Positions 1-15,159 of a DNA stretch of 64,000 nucleotides are shown here, piece by piece. A program made the position numbers and the translations under genes. The notes beneath the pieces are model-generated. The model was not told the DNA's origin and did no database searches. It saw only the letters and a list, made by a program, of their open reading frames with translations. The number at the start of each line of letters is the position of its first letter. The first letter of the stretch is position 1. The stretch is from the human T2T-CHM13v2.0 reference genome, Homo sapiens, in the NCBI RefSeq assembly GCF_009914755.1, contig NC_060925.1. The stretch is one strand, 5' to 3'.

Positions 1-1498
1 CATATGGAACCAAAAAAAAAAAAAAAGCCTGAAGAGCTAAGGCAATCCAACTCCACTCAAAGTATACTACAGGGCTACAGTAATCAAAACAGCACAGCAC
101 TGGTACAAAAACAGACACATAGAGTAATGGAACAGAACAGAAAGCCCAGAAATAAGGCCACACAGCTACAAGTATCTGATCTTCAACAAAGCTGACAAAA
201 ATAAGCAATGGGGAAAGGATTCTCTGTTCAATGAATGGTGCTGGGATAACTGTCTGCCCATATGCAGAAGATTGAGATTGGACCCCTTCCTTATACCATA
301 CGCAAAAATTAACTCAAGATGAATTAAAGACTTAAATTGAAAACCTAAAACTACAAAATCCCTGGAAGAAAACCTAGGTAATACAATTCTGGACTTAGAT
401 TTCATGATGAAGACACCAAAAGCAATGGCAACAAAAGCAAAAATTGGCAAATGGGATCTATTTATACTAACAAGCTTCTGGACAGCAAAGGAAACTATCA
501 ACAGAGTGAACAGACAACCTATAAAATGGGAGAAAATTTTTGCAAGCTATGCATCTGACAAAGGTCTAATATCCACAATAATGCAATCCACAATAATGCT
601 ATCCGCAATAGCATCTATCAGGAACTTAAACAAATTTACAACAAACAACCCCATTAAAGTGGGCAAATGACATGAACGCTTTTCAAAAGAAGACATACAT
701 GTGGCCAACAATCATATGAAAAAAAGCTCAACATCACTGATCATTAGAGAAATGCAAATCAAAACTACAGTGACATACCATCTCACGCCAGTCAGAATAG
801 CTAGTATTAAAAAGTCAAAAAACAACAGATGCTGGCATGGTTGTGGAGAAAAGGGAACAAATTTACATATTGGTGGGAGTGTAAATTAGTTCATTGTGGA
901 AGACAGTGTAGCAATTTCTCAAAGACCTAAAGACAGAAATACCATTCGACCCAGCAATCCCATTACTGGGTATATACCCAAAAGAATATAAGTCATTCTA
1001 TCATAAAGACATGCATGCATGCCTAGGTTCATTGCAACACTATTCACAATAGCAAATACATGGAATCAACCTAAATGCCCATCAACAGAAGACTGGGCAA
1101 AGAAAATGTGGTACATATATGCCATGGAATACTATGCAGTCATAAAAAGAGTGAAATCATGTCCTTTGCAGGAACATAGATGGAGCTGGAGGCCATTATC
1201 CTTAGCAAACTAACTCAGAAACAGAAAATCAAATACCGCATGTTCTCACTTGTAAGTAGGAGCTAAATGATGAGACCACATGGACACAAAGAGGGAAACA
1301 ACAGACACTGGGGCTTACCAGAGGGTGGAGGTTGGGAGGAGGGAGAGGAGCAGAAAAAATAACTATTGGGTAGTAGGCTGAGTACCTGGGTGATGAAATA
1401 ATCTGTACATCAAACCCCTGTGCCGTGAGTTTACCTATATAAAAACCTGCACACCTGTATCCCTGAACTTAAAAGTTAAATAAAAAAATAAAAATAAA
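1..1498 (+). mobile_element. LINE-1 3' portion (ORF2 C-terminus and 3'UTR, older L1PA-type), degenerate
   Basis: ORF fragments with L1 ORF2 motifs ([53 protein letters not shown]), an L1 3'UTR and an A-rich tail at ~1477-1498. Confidence 0.93.
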
Positions 1499-1631
1499 TT
1501 GTCCTTACTGTGCACACAGCTTAATTTGCCTGGTATAATCTGTTTCAGTGTTATAACTACATTTGGCAGCATTTTTTATAGATGAGGAGAGATCAGAAAG
1601 AATGGATAGTTTTTTCTAAAAAGATGCAACA

Positions 1632-2228
<597 letters not shown>

Positions 2229-2231
2229 AAA

Positions 2232-2529
2232 TTTTTTTTTTTTTGGAGATATTCTCACTCTTTCACCCAGGCTGGAATGCAATGGCACAATCCCGGCCCA
2301 CCACAACCTCTACTTCCTGGGTTCAAGTGACTCTTCTGCCTCAGCCTCCCCAGCAGCCGGGACCACAGGCACGCGACACCACACCCGGCCAACTTTTTCT
2401 GTATTTTTAGTAGAGATGGGGTTTCACCACGTTGTCTAGGCTGGTCTCGAACTCCTGACCTCAGGTGGTCCGCCCACCTCGGCCTCCCAAAGTGCTGGTA
2501 CCACAGGTACAAGCCACTGTGCCTGGCCT
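2232..2529 (-). mobile_element. AluS, antisense on +; probably carried in with the FCF1 retrocopy 3'UTR
   Basis: Full antisense Alu with poly-T at 2232-2244 and many T>C deviations from consensus. Confidence 0.92.
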
Positions 2530-2581
2530 AAATTTTTATGAGGCAAAATATCAATTTCAAAACAGCATCAAAAAGTGAGCA

Positions 2582-2879
<298 letters not shown>

Positions 2880-4204
2880 GAGTCAGCGTATTTAACCATC
2901 CCCATCTGATAATAGAGCAAATAGGTCAACAGAATAATAATTCATGCTATTGCATGAGTAATGAACTGGCAACAAGAGAAAGTTGGTGGAAGGAAAGGCA
3001 GAGGAAATGTGTCTTGTAAGAATTAGAATCAAGGGGCTCCATAATCATCGGACATCCATTCAATGTTGTATCTATGGTTAGAAATGTACATGATAGGAAC
3101 TCCAGGAATCTTACAGATTCTTCTTTTAAGGTCCCAGTCAACTGTGGCAATAATGTAACACTTATGCTGAGTTATTTCTGTACTAAGCAGTCATCTGCAT
3201 AGGTTCCTTGGTGTGCACATGGTAATAGTTCAAATCTTGGATCCTTGGTGATCCTTAGAGCCACTCTATACTTCTGCCCCAATTTCTCAATTTCAGCCAT
3301 TACACAATCAGTTATACAAGGGATACACTTGGCATACAGACAGTCCATCATTGACTGCATTAAGTCCAGTTTGGCTTTTATGGAAAAGTTGATAAAGTTG
3401 GTATCAATGAGGATGTGGTAAGGTGGGCCGAGCTGTGTATTATATTGGAAAAATAAGCGGGAAGGGTGTTGGGGAACTTCCCTTTCCTTTAATGTGCTGG
3501 GATCCTTCTTTTCTTTCTTTTTAGGTTTTAATCTATCCTTTTCTTTAAGCCTCTGATCTCTGAGACTAAGCATTTGCTTCATGGTTGCGTACTTCCTTGT
3601 TCTATTTTGCTTCCCCACGGTCACATCACACTTCTGTTTCTTCTGTAATCACCAACTGAATGGATAATTTTTTTAACAAAGTTTGAACAAATGTCACACA
3701 TTAAAAACACTTCTGAAAGTGTGAACACCATAAAGATTCAGAGAATGATTATAAAAGAGACAAGTAACGATTTGGGATTAATATCTCCCATTTTTACATG
3801 AACTGCACCATGCATACCAAACAAAAATATTGTGCCTCAGAATTCACACTTTGTTTTACTGTTTTAAATTTTTAACACAAATAAAATCTCTAAGAGGGCA
3901 CATAAAGTAACAGATTTAAATAACTCAGGTTCTGATTCTTCACCTTCAAGTCACTAAACTATCATTTATTTCATATCTACCATTTAAATAGGAATATGTA
4001 GTACAACAGAGGTTGGAGAAACAAACTGCACACTGAGCAAGCGCCCACAGTTCCAAACCTTTACAAACTTACTCTTGAAATAAATGTGGCTTATATGCTG
4101 AGTCTACATGTGTTGGGACCAACTGTTTAACTGGGATTCCTCTGAATGAACTTCCATGTAGAATACAGTGCATAGTGAAGAATATGTAATTTAAAAGTGA
4201 TCAT

Positions 4205-4750
4205 TTGGTTCCGGTTCCAGTTAAGATGAAGTAAGCACATTTAGCCCTGTCTCTCACATTAAATGCAACAAAAAATCCTGGAAAGAATGCATGAAGCAGC
4301 GATCTGAGGACTCTGAAAAGTAAATAGTAACAAGAGGATTGGGAAAGGAAACCAAAACTTGAAGAATCATTGCTATAGTGGTGAGTTTTCTTGGTTTTTA
4401 TTCCTCCAATATCTCCCAGCCTGGACTTAGAGGCAGCCTGAATCCCAGAACACCACACCCAGTACTAATACCATATTTAATGGGGAAAGACTGAATGTTT
4501 GCACTCCAAAATGGGACAAAGCAAGAATCTCTATTCTCATCACTCCTATTCAATACTGTAGTAAAACTATCCTTACTTACAGATGACAAGATTAACCATG
4601 TAGGAAATTCCAAGGAATATACAAGCAAAGCTCCTATAAATAATAAGTGAATGCAGCAAAGTTCTTGATACAATGTCAGCATTCAAATATGAAATGTTCA
4701 TCTATATAATAGTAATGAACAATTGGAGACCAAATAGGTATAAATCTTAA
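4205..4750 (+). mobile_element. Old L1M fragments
   Basis: ORF2-like 'aatggggaaagactgaatg...ctcctattcaatactgta...acagatgacaagat' at 4475-4750; upstream part less certain. Confidence 0.55.
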
Positions 4751-4789
4751 AAAAAAAAAAAAAAAAAAAAGAAAAGAAAGAAATAGGGG

Positions 4790-5096
<307 letters not shown>

Positions 5097-5591
5097 CTAA
5101 AAGCAGGAGTGAAAGAAGGGACATTACTACTGACCTTACAGAAATAATAAGGAACAAATTCCTTATTATAGATATATGTTATAGATCTGAACAGGTCTAT
5201 AACAAGAGATTGAATTAGTAATCAAAACCTACCCATAAAGAAAACCCCAGACCTAGATGGTTTTATTGGCGAATTCTGCCAAACACTTAAAGAATTAATA
5301 CTAATTCTTCACAAACTTTTCCAAAAAATCAAAGAGGAGGGACCACTTCCCAACTCATTCTATGATACCAGATTATTTTGGTACTAAAACCAGACAAAGA
5401 CATCACAAGAAAAGAAAACTATAGACCAGTATCTTTTATGAATATAGATTTAAAAATTCTCAGCAAAATACTAACAGGCTAAATTCAGCAACATACAAAA
5501 AGTATTATACACCATGAGCAAGTGGGATTTAACCCAAGATTATGAAGTTGCTTTAAAATTTGAAAACCAATTAATAGAATATACCATATCA

Positions 5592-5873
5592 TGGCAGGGT
5601 GCAGTGGCTCATGCCTGTAATCCCAGTACTTTGGGAGGCTGAGGCAGGCAGATCACCTGAGGTCAGGAGTTTGAGATCACCTGGCCAACATGGTGAAACC
5701 CCATCTCTACTAAAAGTACAAAAATTAGGCAGGCATGCTGGCATGTGCCTGTAGTCCCAACTACTTGGGAGGCTGAGGCAGAATCATCACTGGAACCCAG
5801 GAGGTGGAGGTTGCAGTGAGCCGAGATCACATCACTTCACTCCAGCCTGGACAACAGAGCAAGACTCCATCGC

Positions 5874-5900
<27 letters not shown>
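5592..5900 (+). mobile_element. AluSx-like nested in L1, followed by (TA)n at 5901-5943
   Basis: Alu consensus; TSD core accatatca at ~5583-5591 and ~5945-5953. Confidence 0.93.
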
Positions 5901-5946
<46 letters not shown>

Positions 5947-7044
5947 CATATCAATAGAGTAAATGATAAAAACCATATGATTTTCTCAACTGATGCAGGA
6001 AAAAAACATTTTATAAAATATATAAAATTTAACACCTCATTATAATAAAAACATTCAGTAAACTAGAATAGAAGGAAACTTCTTCAACCTGATAAAGGAC
6101 ATCTACAAAAAATAACAACTAACATGATATTTAATGGGGAAAGATTAAATGATTTCACCTGAAGAACAAGAACAAAACAAGGATATCCAGTCTTGCTGCT
6201 TATATTCAACATTTTACTGAAGGTTCTAGCCAGGAAAATTAGGCAAGAAAATGAAATAAAAGGCATCCAGATTTTAAATGAATAAGTGAAACTACCTGTT
6301 TTCAAAAGACATAATCTTGTAAAAGGAATATCCTAAGGAACCCACTGAAAACAATTAGAACTAACAAATTAGTTTGGTAAGGTTGCAGGATACTAGGTCA
6401 ATATTCATAAATCAATCATATTTCTATACATTTGTAAAGAACAATCCAAATATGAAATTAAGGAAACAATTCAATTTACAGCAATATCAAAAACAGTAAA
6501 ATACTTAGGAATATATTTAGCAATAGAAATGCAAAATTTATACTCTGAGAACTACAAAGTATTGTTGAAAGAAATTAAAGAAGACCCTAATAAATAGAAA
6601 GACATCCCATGTTCATGGATGAAAGACTTAATATTGTTAAGATGGTAATACTTCTCAAGTTGATCTACAAATTTAATGCTATTCACATCAGTTTCCAGCT
6701 AACTACTTTGTAGAAATTGACAGGCTGATTCTAAAATTTATATGGAAATTCAAGGGACACCGTGTAGTCAAAACAATCTTGGAAAAGAAGTTGGAAGACT
6801 CATACTTCCCAATTTCAAACTTACTACAAAGATACAGTAATTGATACAGTGTGGTACTGGTATAAAGATAGGTATATAAATCAATAGAATAAACTGAGAG
6901 TTCAGAAATAAGCCCTCACATTTATGGTTAATTGAGGGATTCTTTTCATTTAGGTTTTTTGTTTTCTTTCATTGTCAAAGCTCTTCTCAGGGTTAACTGA
7001 GTTTTGACAAGGGTCCCAAGACAATTCAATGGGGAAAGAATAAT

Positions 7045-7200
7045 CTTTCTTTTTAAAATCTTTGTACTTTTAATTTTTGTGGGTACATATCAGGTATATA
7101 TTTATTTGGTATGTGAGATATTTTGATACAGACATGCAATGTGTAATAATCACATCATGGGAAGTGGAGTATCTATCCCTTCAGGCATTTATCCTTTGAG
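7045..7200 (-). mobile_element. Short antisense L1MA 3' end fragment nested in the L1MB
   Basis: 'tttaatttttgtgggtacata...atattttgatacagacatgcaatgtgtaataatcacatc'. Confidence 0.7.
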
Positions 7201-7804
7201 GTATAGTCTTTTCAACAAATAATGCTGGGACCGTTGGATATTCACATGTAAAAGAATGAATTAAGATAATATCTCATACATATGCAAAAATTAACTAAAA
7301 ATGAATTAAAAACTTACATATAAGAGCTAAAACTATAAAACTCTTTGAAGAAGAAAATCTAGATGTAAATCTTCATGACCTTGGTCTAGGTAGTGGCTTC
7401 TTAGATGTAATACAAAAAATACAAACTACAAAAGAAAAAAAAAACAGATGAACTGGACTTCATCAAAACTCAAAACTTTTGTGTTACAAAAGACACCACC
7501 AAGAAAGTGAAAAGACAAACCACAGAATGGAAGAAAATACTTGTAAGTCATCTAACTGATAAGAGGCTTGTATCTAGAAGATATAAATAAATTTTACGAT
7601 TCAGTAGTAAAAAAAAAAATACAATTTCAAAGTAGTCAAATGACTTGAATAGACATTTTTCCAAAGAAGATACACAAGTGGCCAGAAAACACATGAAAAG
7701 ATGTTCAACGTTATTAATTGTCAGGGAAATACAAATCAGAACCACAACGAGATGCCACTTCACACCCGCTAGGATGGCTAGAATTAAAAAGATAGATAAA
7801 AATG

Positions 7805-8110
7805 TCCAGGCAAAGTAGCTCACACTTGTAAGGCCATCACTTTGGGAGGCTGAGGCAGGAGGATTGTTTGAGTCCAGCAGTTCAAGATGAGCTTGGGCAA
7901 ATAAACATAAGGAGACCCCATGTCTACAAAAAATTTAAAAATTAGCTGGGCACGGTGGCATGCATTTGCAGTCCCAGCTACTCAGGAGGCTGATGTGAGA
8001 GGATCACTTGAGCCCAGAGGTCGAGGCTGCAGTGAGCTGTGACTGCACCACTGCACTCCAGCCTGGGCGACAGAGTGAGATCCTGTCTCGAAAAAAAAAA
8101 AACAAAAACA
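7805..8110 (+). mobile_element. AluJ
   Basis: Diverged Alu with J-type 'gaggatcacttgagcccag...gaggctgcagtgagctgtga'. Confidence 0.9.
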
Positions 8111-8584
8111 GATAAAAACAGGTGTTGGTGAGGATGTGAAGAAACTGATACCATATTGCACTGCTTGTGGGAATGTAAAATGATGCAGCTGCTGTGTAAA
8201 AAAAAAATTTGGTAGTTCCTCCAAAGATTAACATAGAGAAAAATGACCCAGCAATTCCACTCCTAAGTATATACCAAGAGAATGAACACATATAGCAGAA
8301 GTATTCATAATAGCCAAAAAGTGGAAACAACCCAAATGTCCATCAACTGATGAATGGATAAATTATATATATATATATATATATGAATATATATAGGAAT
8401 ATTATTTGGCTATGAAAAGGAATGATGAACCGATGCATGATACAACAGGGATGAACCTTGAAAACATTTATGCTAAGTGAAAGAAGCCAGTCACAAAAGG
8501 CCATAAATTGTATAATTCTATTTATATGAATTGTCCAGACTAAACAAATTTATAGAGACAGAAAGTAGATTCGATGCAGAAACT

Positions 8585-9945
8585 CCTCTAGGATTGGGGA
8601 GGTATTTACCTGGAGAAGCGAAAACTTGTGATCACACAAAAGCCTGTTTGTGAACGTTTATAGCAACCTCATTTGTAATTACCAAAAACTGAAACAACCC
8701 AAATGTCCTGTAACTGTGAATGAATAAACAAATAGTGATAGATCAATACAACTGAATATGATTCAGCAATAAAAAGGAATGGACTATTGACACGTGCAAT
8801 AATTTGGATGGATCGCAAAGGGATTATGCTAAGTGAAAGAAGCCAGTCTCAAAAGGCTACATACTGTCTGGTTTCATTTGTATAACATTCTGGAAAAGAA
8901 GAAACTGTAAAGACAGAGAAACAGGGAACAGATCAGTGGTTTCCAGAGATTAGGGGTAGGGGGGAGGATTTGATTATAAAGGGGCAGCACAGGGAAGCTT
9001 TCTGGGGTGACAGAGCTGTTCTGAATCCTGATTGTGATGGTGGTTAGACAAATATATACATACGGTCAACCTTTTAGAAATGTACTATGAAAAAGTCAAT
9101 TTTACTGTACGTAAACAAAAAATAATAGTTGTGACAATTTGTGATATATATAAATAAAGAAATATGTATAGTGTGTGTGTTTGTGTGTATACACACACAC
9201 ATAATTTAAACTCAACAATCACTGCAGGGCCTGTTTAGACCAACAAAAGTTCTTTGAGGTGAGAAATATTTTATCTCTGACATTGTTCAGAATTGCTGGG
9301 AAATGGTAATAACTTAAAAAGCAGACCAACTTTTAGTATTATTATTGTTTTAAATATTCTACAAACAACGAGCCTTCTTATTGCCTTCTCTAGGAAGGAT
9401 GGGTCCCATCATTACAACCCTGGTATGTCTCCCTTTTGTGGTTCTAGAATAGAAGCCCTTTGGCACAGAGAAACTGATCTTGGAAGTTGGAAATCAGTAG
9501 ACTGAAAGGTCAAGGGCTACGGGTGGGGCTCTGACAGTGTCTGCTATAGGCAACCAAATCCTGGTTTGAACAAATCAATTGTTAAATTTAAAAAAATTTC
9601 CAACTGGGGCAATTAGATAAATGTTAATATATATTGAATATTAGGTTATATAAAGGGATTATTTTTAATATTGATAGTATACTAATGTACTGTGGCTTTG
9701 TAAGAAAATATCCTCACGTTTTAGTGATGAGGTATTCACATTGAGGTATTTCAGAGTGACATTTCACAATGTCTGTAATTTGCTTTTAAATACATCAAAG
9801 GAAAACTAAGGTGAAATAAATATGACAAAATGTTAAATAGTTATTAAAGTTATGAGATTAGTATACAAATATTCAGATTTATTATACTATTCTCTACTTT
9901 CTTATACACTTGAAATTTTTCATAGTAAAAAGTTTTTAAAATAAA
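8585..9945 (+). mobile_element. Old L1ME/L1MC 3' UTR fragments (two pieces, ~8585-9115 and ~9595-9945)
   Basis: 'ggattatgctaagtgaaagaagccagtctcaaaagg' and 'atactattctctactttc...ttgaaatttttcata' are typical old L1 3' ends. Confidence 0.6.
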
Positions 9946-10249
9946 AAACACACTGGAAAAGCATTTCTTAGTGCCAAAGCCAGTGAACCCTCACTCTAAT
10001 AAGATCCCACGACTCTGTTATGGCACATCACAAGACACTGAATCAAAGAACACCTGGAGCATCTCAGTAGCCTTCGGAAAAGAACATGGAAAAGCAAGTA
10101 ACATCCTTCTAAAGCTCTTACCCTAAAATGCTAAGACAAAGACAATTTAGGGCTGAAATGGGCAAACATTCAGCTATCCTGAAAGCTTGATTTTCCAGTA
10201 GGTCCCATTCCCTATTGGTTCTGGGATGGAAAGATGACAAAAGTCTAGT

Positions 10250-10950
10250 CAATGAGTCTACTACAAAAGAGAAAGTAGAATGCAAGCCTGAGGTCACCAA
10301 TGGCCATTTGCACTTCATTTGGAGAAAGTCTGCCTGATATGAAGACAACTTAGAGTACAGCTGATCTAAGAGATGGAGAAAAGCAGCTCAGTTGATGGTG
10401 TTTGAGCACCTGGTTCCGACTTTTCCAGAGATAAACTCTGGAAATTTCAGTTGTAAATGTCTATAATTATTATTGTCATTACCATGAAGAAGAAAAAAAG
10501 GAGAAAATTCCTTCTTTTTAAGTCAGTGTGACTTGAGAGTCAATAACTTGCAAATAATACACTCTTGTCACATTCTCTGACCTATGAGGTTAGGTCATAA
10601 AAGGCCCTGTAGCTTCCACTTTGCTCTCTGGAACATCTGCCTTGGAACCCTGAGTCAACATGTAAAAAGTCTGATATCTTGAGGATACCATGATGGAAGT
10701 GCTCCAATCAACTGTCCAGCTGAGCCCAGCCTTCCAGCCATCCATACCAAGGAATCACAGATGTGACTGAACCTGTCTTGGGGTCTCCAGACCAACACAT
10801 CTACCAGCTGAATACCACCAAGAGATCTTGGTCAACAATAAAAAAAGCTCTGCCCAAATTTCTGACCCATAAATGATGCAATAAAATGGTTATTGTTTAA
10901 ACCACTACATTTCAGGGTCATTTGTTATGCAACAATAGTTAACAGGAACA
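10250..10950 (+). mobile_element. MaLR LTR (MLT1 family), fragmented
   Basis: 'gctgagcccagccttccagccatcc', 'ctgcccaaatttctgaccc', 3' end 'tttgttatgcaacaatagttaacaggaaca'. Confidence 0.75.
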
Positions 10951-10995
10951 GGCAGCCATGAGGGTGCAGCTAAACTGGGCAGTGGCAGATGCAGT

Positions 10996-11302
10996 TTTTT
11001 TGTTTTTTGTTTGTTTTTTGTTTTTGAGACAGAGTCTCGCTCTGTTGTCCAGGCTGGAGTACAGTGATCTCTGCTCACTGCAAGCCCCGCCTCCTGGGTT
11101 CACGCCTTTCTTCTGCCTCAGCCTCCCAAGTAGCTTGGACTACAGGTGCCTGCCACCATGCCCGGCTAATTTTTTGTATTTTTAGTAGAGATGAGGTTTC
11201 ACTGTGTTAGCCTGGATGGTCTTGATCTCCTGACCTCGTGATCCGCCTGCCTCAGCCTCCCAAAGTGTTGGGATTACAGGCGTGAGCCACCATGCCCAGC
11301 GG
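10996..11302 (-). mobile_element. AluY/Sc-like
   Basis: Antisense Alu with 'gacctcgtgatcc'; TSD ggcag(a/t)tgcagttttt on both sides. Confidence 0.93.
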
Positions 11303-14300
11303 GCAGTTGCAGTTTTTAATGGGGCCTGAAGTTTTAAGATAGAAGTCGCTTGACTGTATGCACAAAGTGCAAGACCTTGAGAGGAACATGCCAGGTGTGG
11401 AGCCCTGAAGTTTAAGCTTCATTGGTTCACAGTGAGTCTACCTGTGAAACTGGACCCTAGGGAAGGTGAGGAGAGTCCTTAAAGAAGAGAAAAACGAGAA
11501 GAGCTTTCCAGGCAGAGGTGACCTTCATGGAAGAGGCATGGTCTGTTATGTTAAGAGGCCAGTCCTCTTGGCACCAAGAGACATGGTGAGAGGGTCTCAA
11601 CACCTCTCCCAGGCCCATGGGCTCCACTAAGGGAGTCCTGTGTCCTCAGGGGACAGGGAGCTGGGCCACCTCATTCCTCCAAGATAACAGCTGACTCTTT
11701 CTACCATTTGGTGTCCATGCTGAGAAGACCTACATGTCCCTCAAACTCTGAAGTTGAACACGAAGCTTCTTCTCCCCGCCATCAAATCTTGTCTCTGCTC
11801 CAGGTGGAAATCAGCCCTCTTCCTTACTTACTCCCAACACTGGATCAACAGTGGGTAGTTTGGCTCCTAGCAGTTCTTGAAGGGGCCCTCTTTTCTCCCT
11901 CTCCCTACTTCCACTGATCCCTTTTTGGCACAACCATTTGTCACGGCTCCTGAGGGAGAGGTTGGGCCTGTCTCCAAATAATCTACCAAATCCAGATGCA
12001 AATCTTACCAGGTCCCGTTGTCAACAGCTCTCAGTACTGAAGTCCAGGCCCAGTTTCTGGCACTCAAGTTTCTCCATGACCTAACGTCTGACTCTGTGCA
12101 ACCTCAACAGCCTGTCTCCACCTCCTCCCTTTCCATCTGCTAGTCCAGCGGGACCCCTGACTGCCTCCCCAATGTCCTACAACAGATCACAATGCTGCCC
12201 CTCACCAACCTCCTCAGGACTCAGCTCACTTCCTCTGAGGCATTTACAGAACCACGCTCTCCCATCTGTCTGTGTGGCCCCTTGCCTTAGGCGGGGTGTC
12301 TCCCATAATCTGTGACACTTTAGAGGGCTCAGAAGCCCCATTTGCTCCAGTCACTGGATCCCTCTGAGCTGTTGACTTCTTTGTTAAATGGGGCCACACC
12401 ATCCACACCAAAGGATATGAGAATTGTAATAGTGAACACCTAGTGAGCAAGCACTGAGCTGAGAGCTTTTGGATATTATTTCATTTACTCCTCACAGCAT
12501 CCAGAGAGACAGACCCCACTATTCCACCATTTAATTGAGGCAGAGTGCCTTGCGGAAGTGGCCTTCCCCGGCCAGATCTCCCTTGTGTGCACTTGTGTAT
12601 CCCAGGGTCCTAGAACTGGGCCTGACATACATTAAGTACTTAGCAAATATTTGCTGACTGAAGTAATTCAAGAAAGAATAACCCCAGCCAGCGATTGAGG
12701 CTGGACCCCGGCTCTAGGCTCTTCCTGGCCCACCGAGCAGGATTCTGCTGGGGAACATGGTTGGTACAGGACTTGGCATACAGAAGGTGCTAGTGTGTCG
12801 CTGCTGCTGCTGTTGTGCAGGAGGGGTGGGGCGGGGAAGCTCCCCACCAGTCGGAGCTACCCGCGGCGGCCCGGGTTCGCATCCTCCCACTGCTCAGACC
12901 GAGTCGGCTCCAGCTTGCTTTGGGAAGCATTCAGGAATAAACGTGGACAGTAGCGGTCAGGAAGGAGATTCCCGTTTCCCCTTCTCCCAGGAGGAAAAGA
13001 GGTAACGCTGCCGCCACTGCCCTCTCTTTCCAGGGTGGGAACGCCGCCCGAGACCGGGGTACCCCACACTCCTCCCTAGCGCTGATCCCAGCGGAGCTCA
13101 GGCCGCAGTCCCCTCCTGCCGGCTGCGGAAGCTCCCAGAAGCGGAGACTCAATCGCCCCCCTGCCCCTGCTACCAGGCCAGAGTCTGGAGTACAGATACT
13201 GGCTCCCTGGGGCCTGGGTGTGCGACCCCAGGCCGGTCATTGCAGGTCTCTGCGCCTCCCTGTTCCTGACTGTGCAATGGGCAGCGGGTCAGGGGCGCAC
13301 CGTGGGCGCAGTACGTTCCCAGGCGCCAAGGGCTGTGACTGACCGACCTGGGCTTCCACCGCGGGGCCTGGGCCATGGAGACGCTCCGGGCCCAGGAACG
13401 GGGGACCTCGGGTGCCCCACTACCTCACTCCTAGAACGCCCACCGCTCACGAAGCCTTCCTGAGCTCTACCCGAAGGTGCTGACAGCCTGGAGCTGAGGC
13501 CAGGGCGCTTGGGGGCACGCTGCTTCTCCCTGGGCCTCCTATGTTCACGGAAGGAGAGTTTCCGCAAACCTCTCACTCTCGGCCAGCAGACCCCGCTTCA
13601 TGAGAGGAAGAGACCCACTAGGGGCGGTGGAGAGGCGAAGTGATCCAGGGTCCCGGAAAGTTGGACAATTCCCTGGACCAGATGGCTCTCAGTTTCCTCC
13701 TCTGTAAAATGGGGCCGGTAATAAGCAACTCTCTGGATTCACCCCGGTTTGCTGCGAGGATGAACTAATATAATAGTCTTTAAGTCTGTGACGCTCCAGA
13801 TGTTCTTGGGAATGAGTAACGCGGGTCCACAGGCCGCCCCCTCGGGTCCGGCCAGAGCATCGGCAGGAACCGAGGAGCCTCGGGGGACCCAGCGTAGGTC
13901 CTTCCCGAAACCAACACCTTGGGTGCGGTGGGGCAGAGGACGGGGATGAGGCGGCCGGAACCGCCCTACGAGGAGAGGCTGGGAGGCTCCGAAAACCTGG
14001 GGTAGGGGGAGCGCACCGGGGCTTTAGAGGGCGCAGCGGCCAAGGGCAAGAAAGTTTACACTCCCAGAAGCTTCCGCACGCTTTCTCCCGCCTTCCTCTT
14101 TTCTTTCTAACTCTTCCCTCTCCTGTCTCCTCTCGCCCTCTTTTTTCTCCTTTTTTATCCCCTTTTCGTCCATCGCTCTTGCCGGCATCTTTCTTCTCTG
14201 GGTCCTTCTCCCCCACTTTCATCTCATCGCGCTCGCACTTCATCACCAGACAGCCAAACCCCCTTTCCAATTAAAGTGGAATTAGGCAACTCAATCAAAT

Positions 14301-15159
14301 TAGTTCCCCATTAAAGCCCTTCTTTATTAAACCGTTTTCTTGTCCTGCTATTAAGTTTCACTGCCTGGCGGAACTCGAGCCGGCCCCAGAAGTTTACCTT
14401 GGGATGTCGCCGGACCCAGCCGAGGGGAGGAGTCATTCTTTTCCTGGAGCGGGGGAGTCACCCTGCGGGGAGCGGGAGGGACTGGAGGTTGAAGGAGAGG
14501 GTCGGCCCAGGAGCGGCTAATTTGCTCAGCTCGGCGTGAGGAGGGAAGGTGAAAAGGGTGAGAGACGAGGTCTGGCTCGAAGTCGCGTGCTCACGGCCCC
14601 TCTCCCAAATTACACTTTTTCAAGGAAGGCAGCATGCCACCCCCAACTCCCCAGAACCCCATAACTCCCAGGCTGTAGCCCTTGTCAGAAGAATGGTAGC
14701 AGCCACCCTGCCCAGCCGTCGCCTTCGTTGCCTGTGGTTCCAAATCTGAGATGGGGAGCGCGCAGTGTGTACATCCAAATCTACACCTCGGAAAGAGCAG
14801 GGACTGGGCCCCCAGCCTTGCAAGATCCCTGTGAAGACTGGGGCCGACGATCCAAAAACTAAGAGCCGGGGCAAGGTGACCCCTCCGCAAGGGTGCCCAA
14901 GCTGGGGTACACACTGTGTTCCCTCTGCTCAGCGGTCGCGGGTCCTTCGGGAGTTGTGAGCCCCGCGCCACTCTGGTGGGATAGGTCTTCCGAGTACCAC
15001 AGGAAGTCTCCTCTCCCAGTAGCCCCGAGGGTCGGAGATCCCACGGGACCTCGGACAAGCGTCTCCTTAGCGCCGCGGCCTGAGTGGGAAATCACGACCT
15101 TCCCCAGCGCCCCACCCCCACCCCCTATTTCTCGAGGAGCGGGACGGGATTCGGCATTG

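Noticed and set aside
13613-13630. CTCF-like ccactaggggcgg (also at 23486-23500)
   Set aside because: Mismatch in the core GGGGGC register; cannot support without a PWM scan or ChIP data
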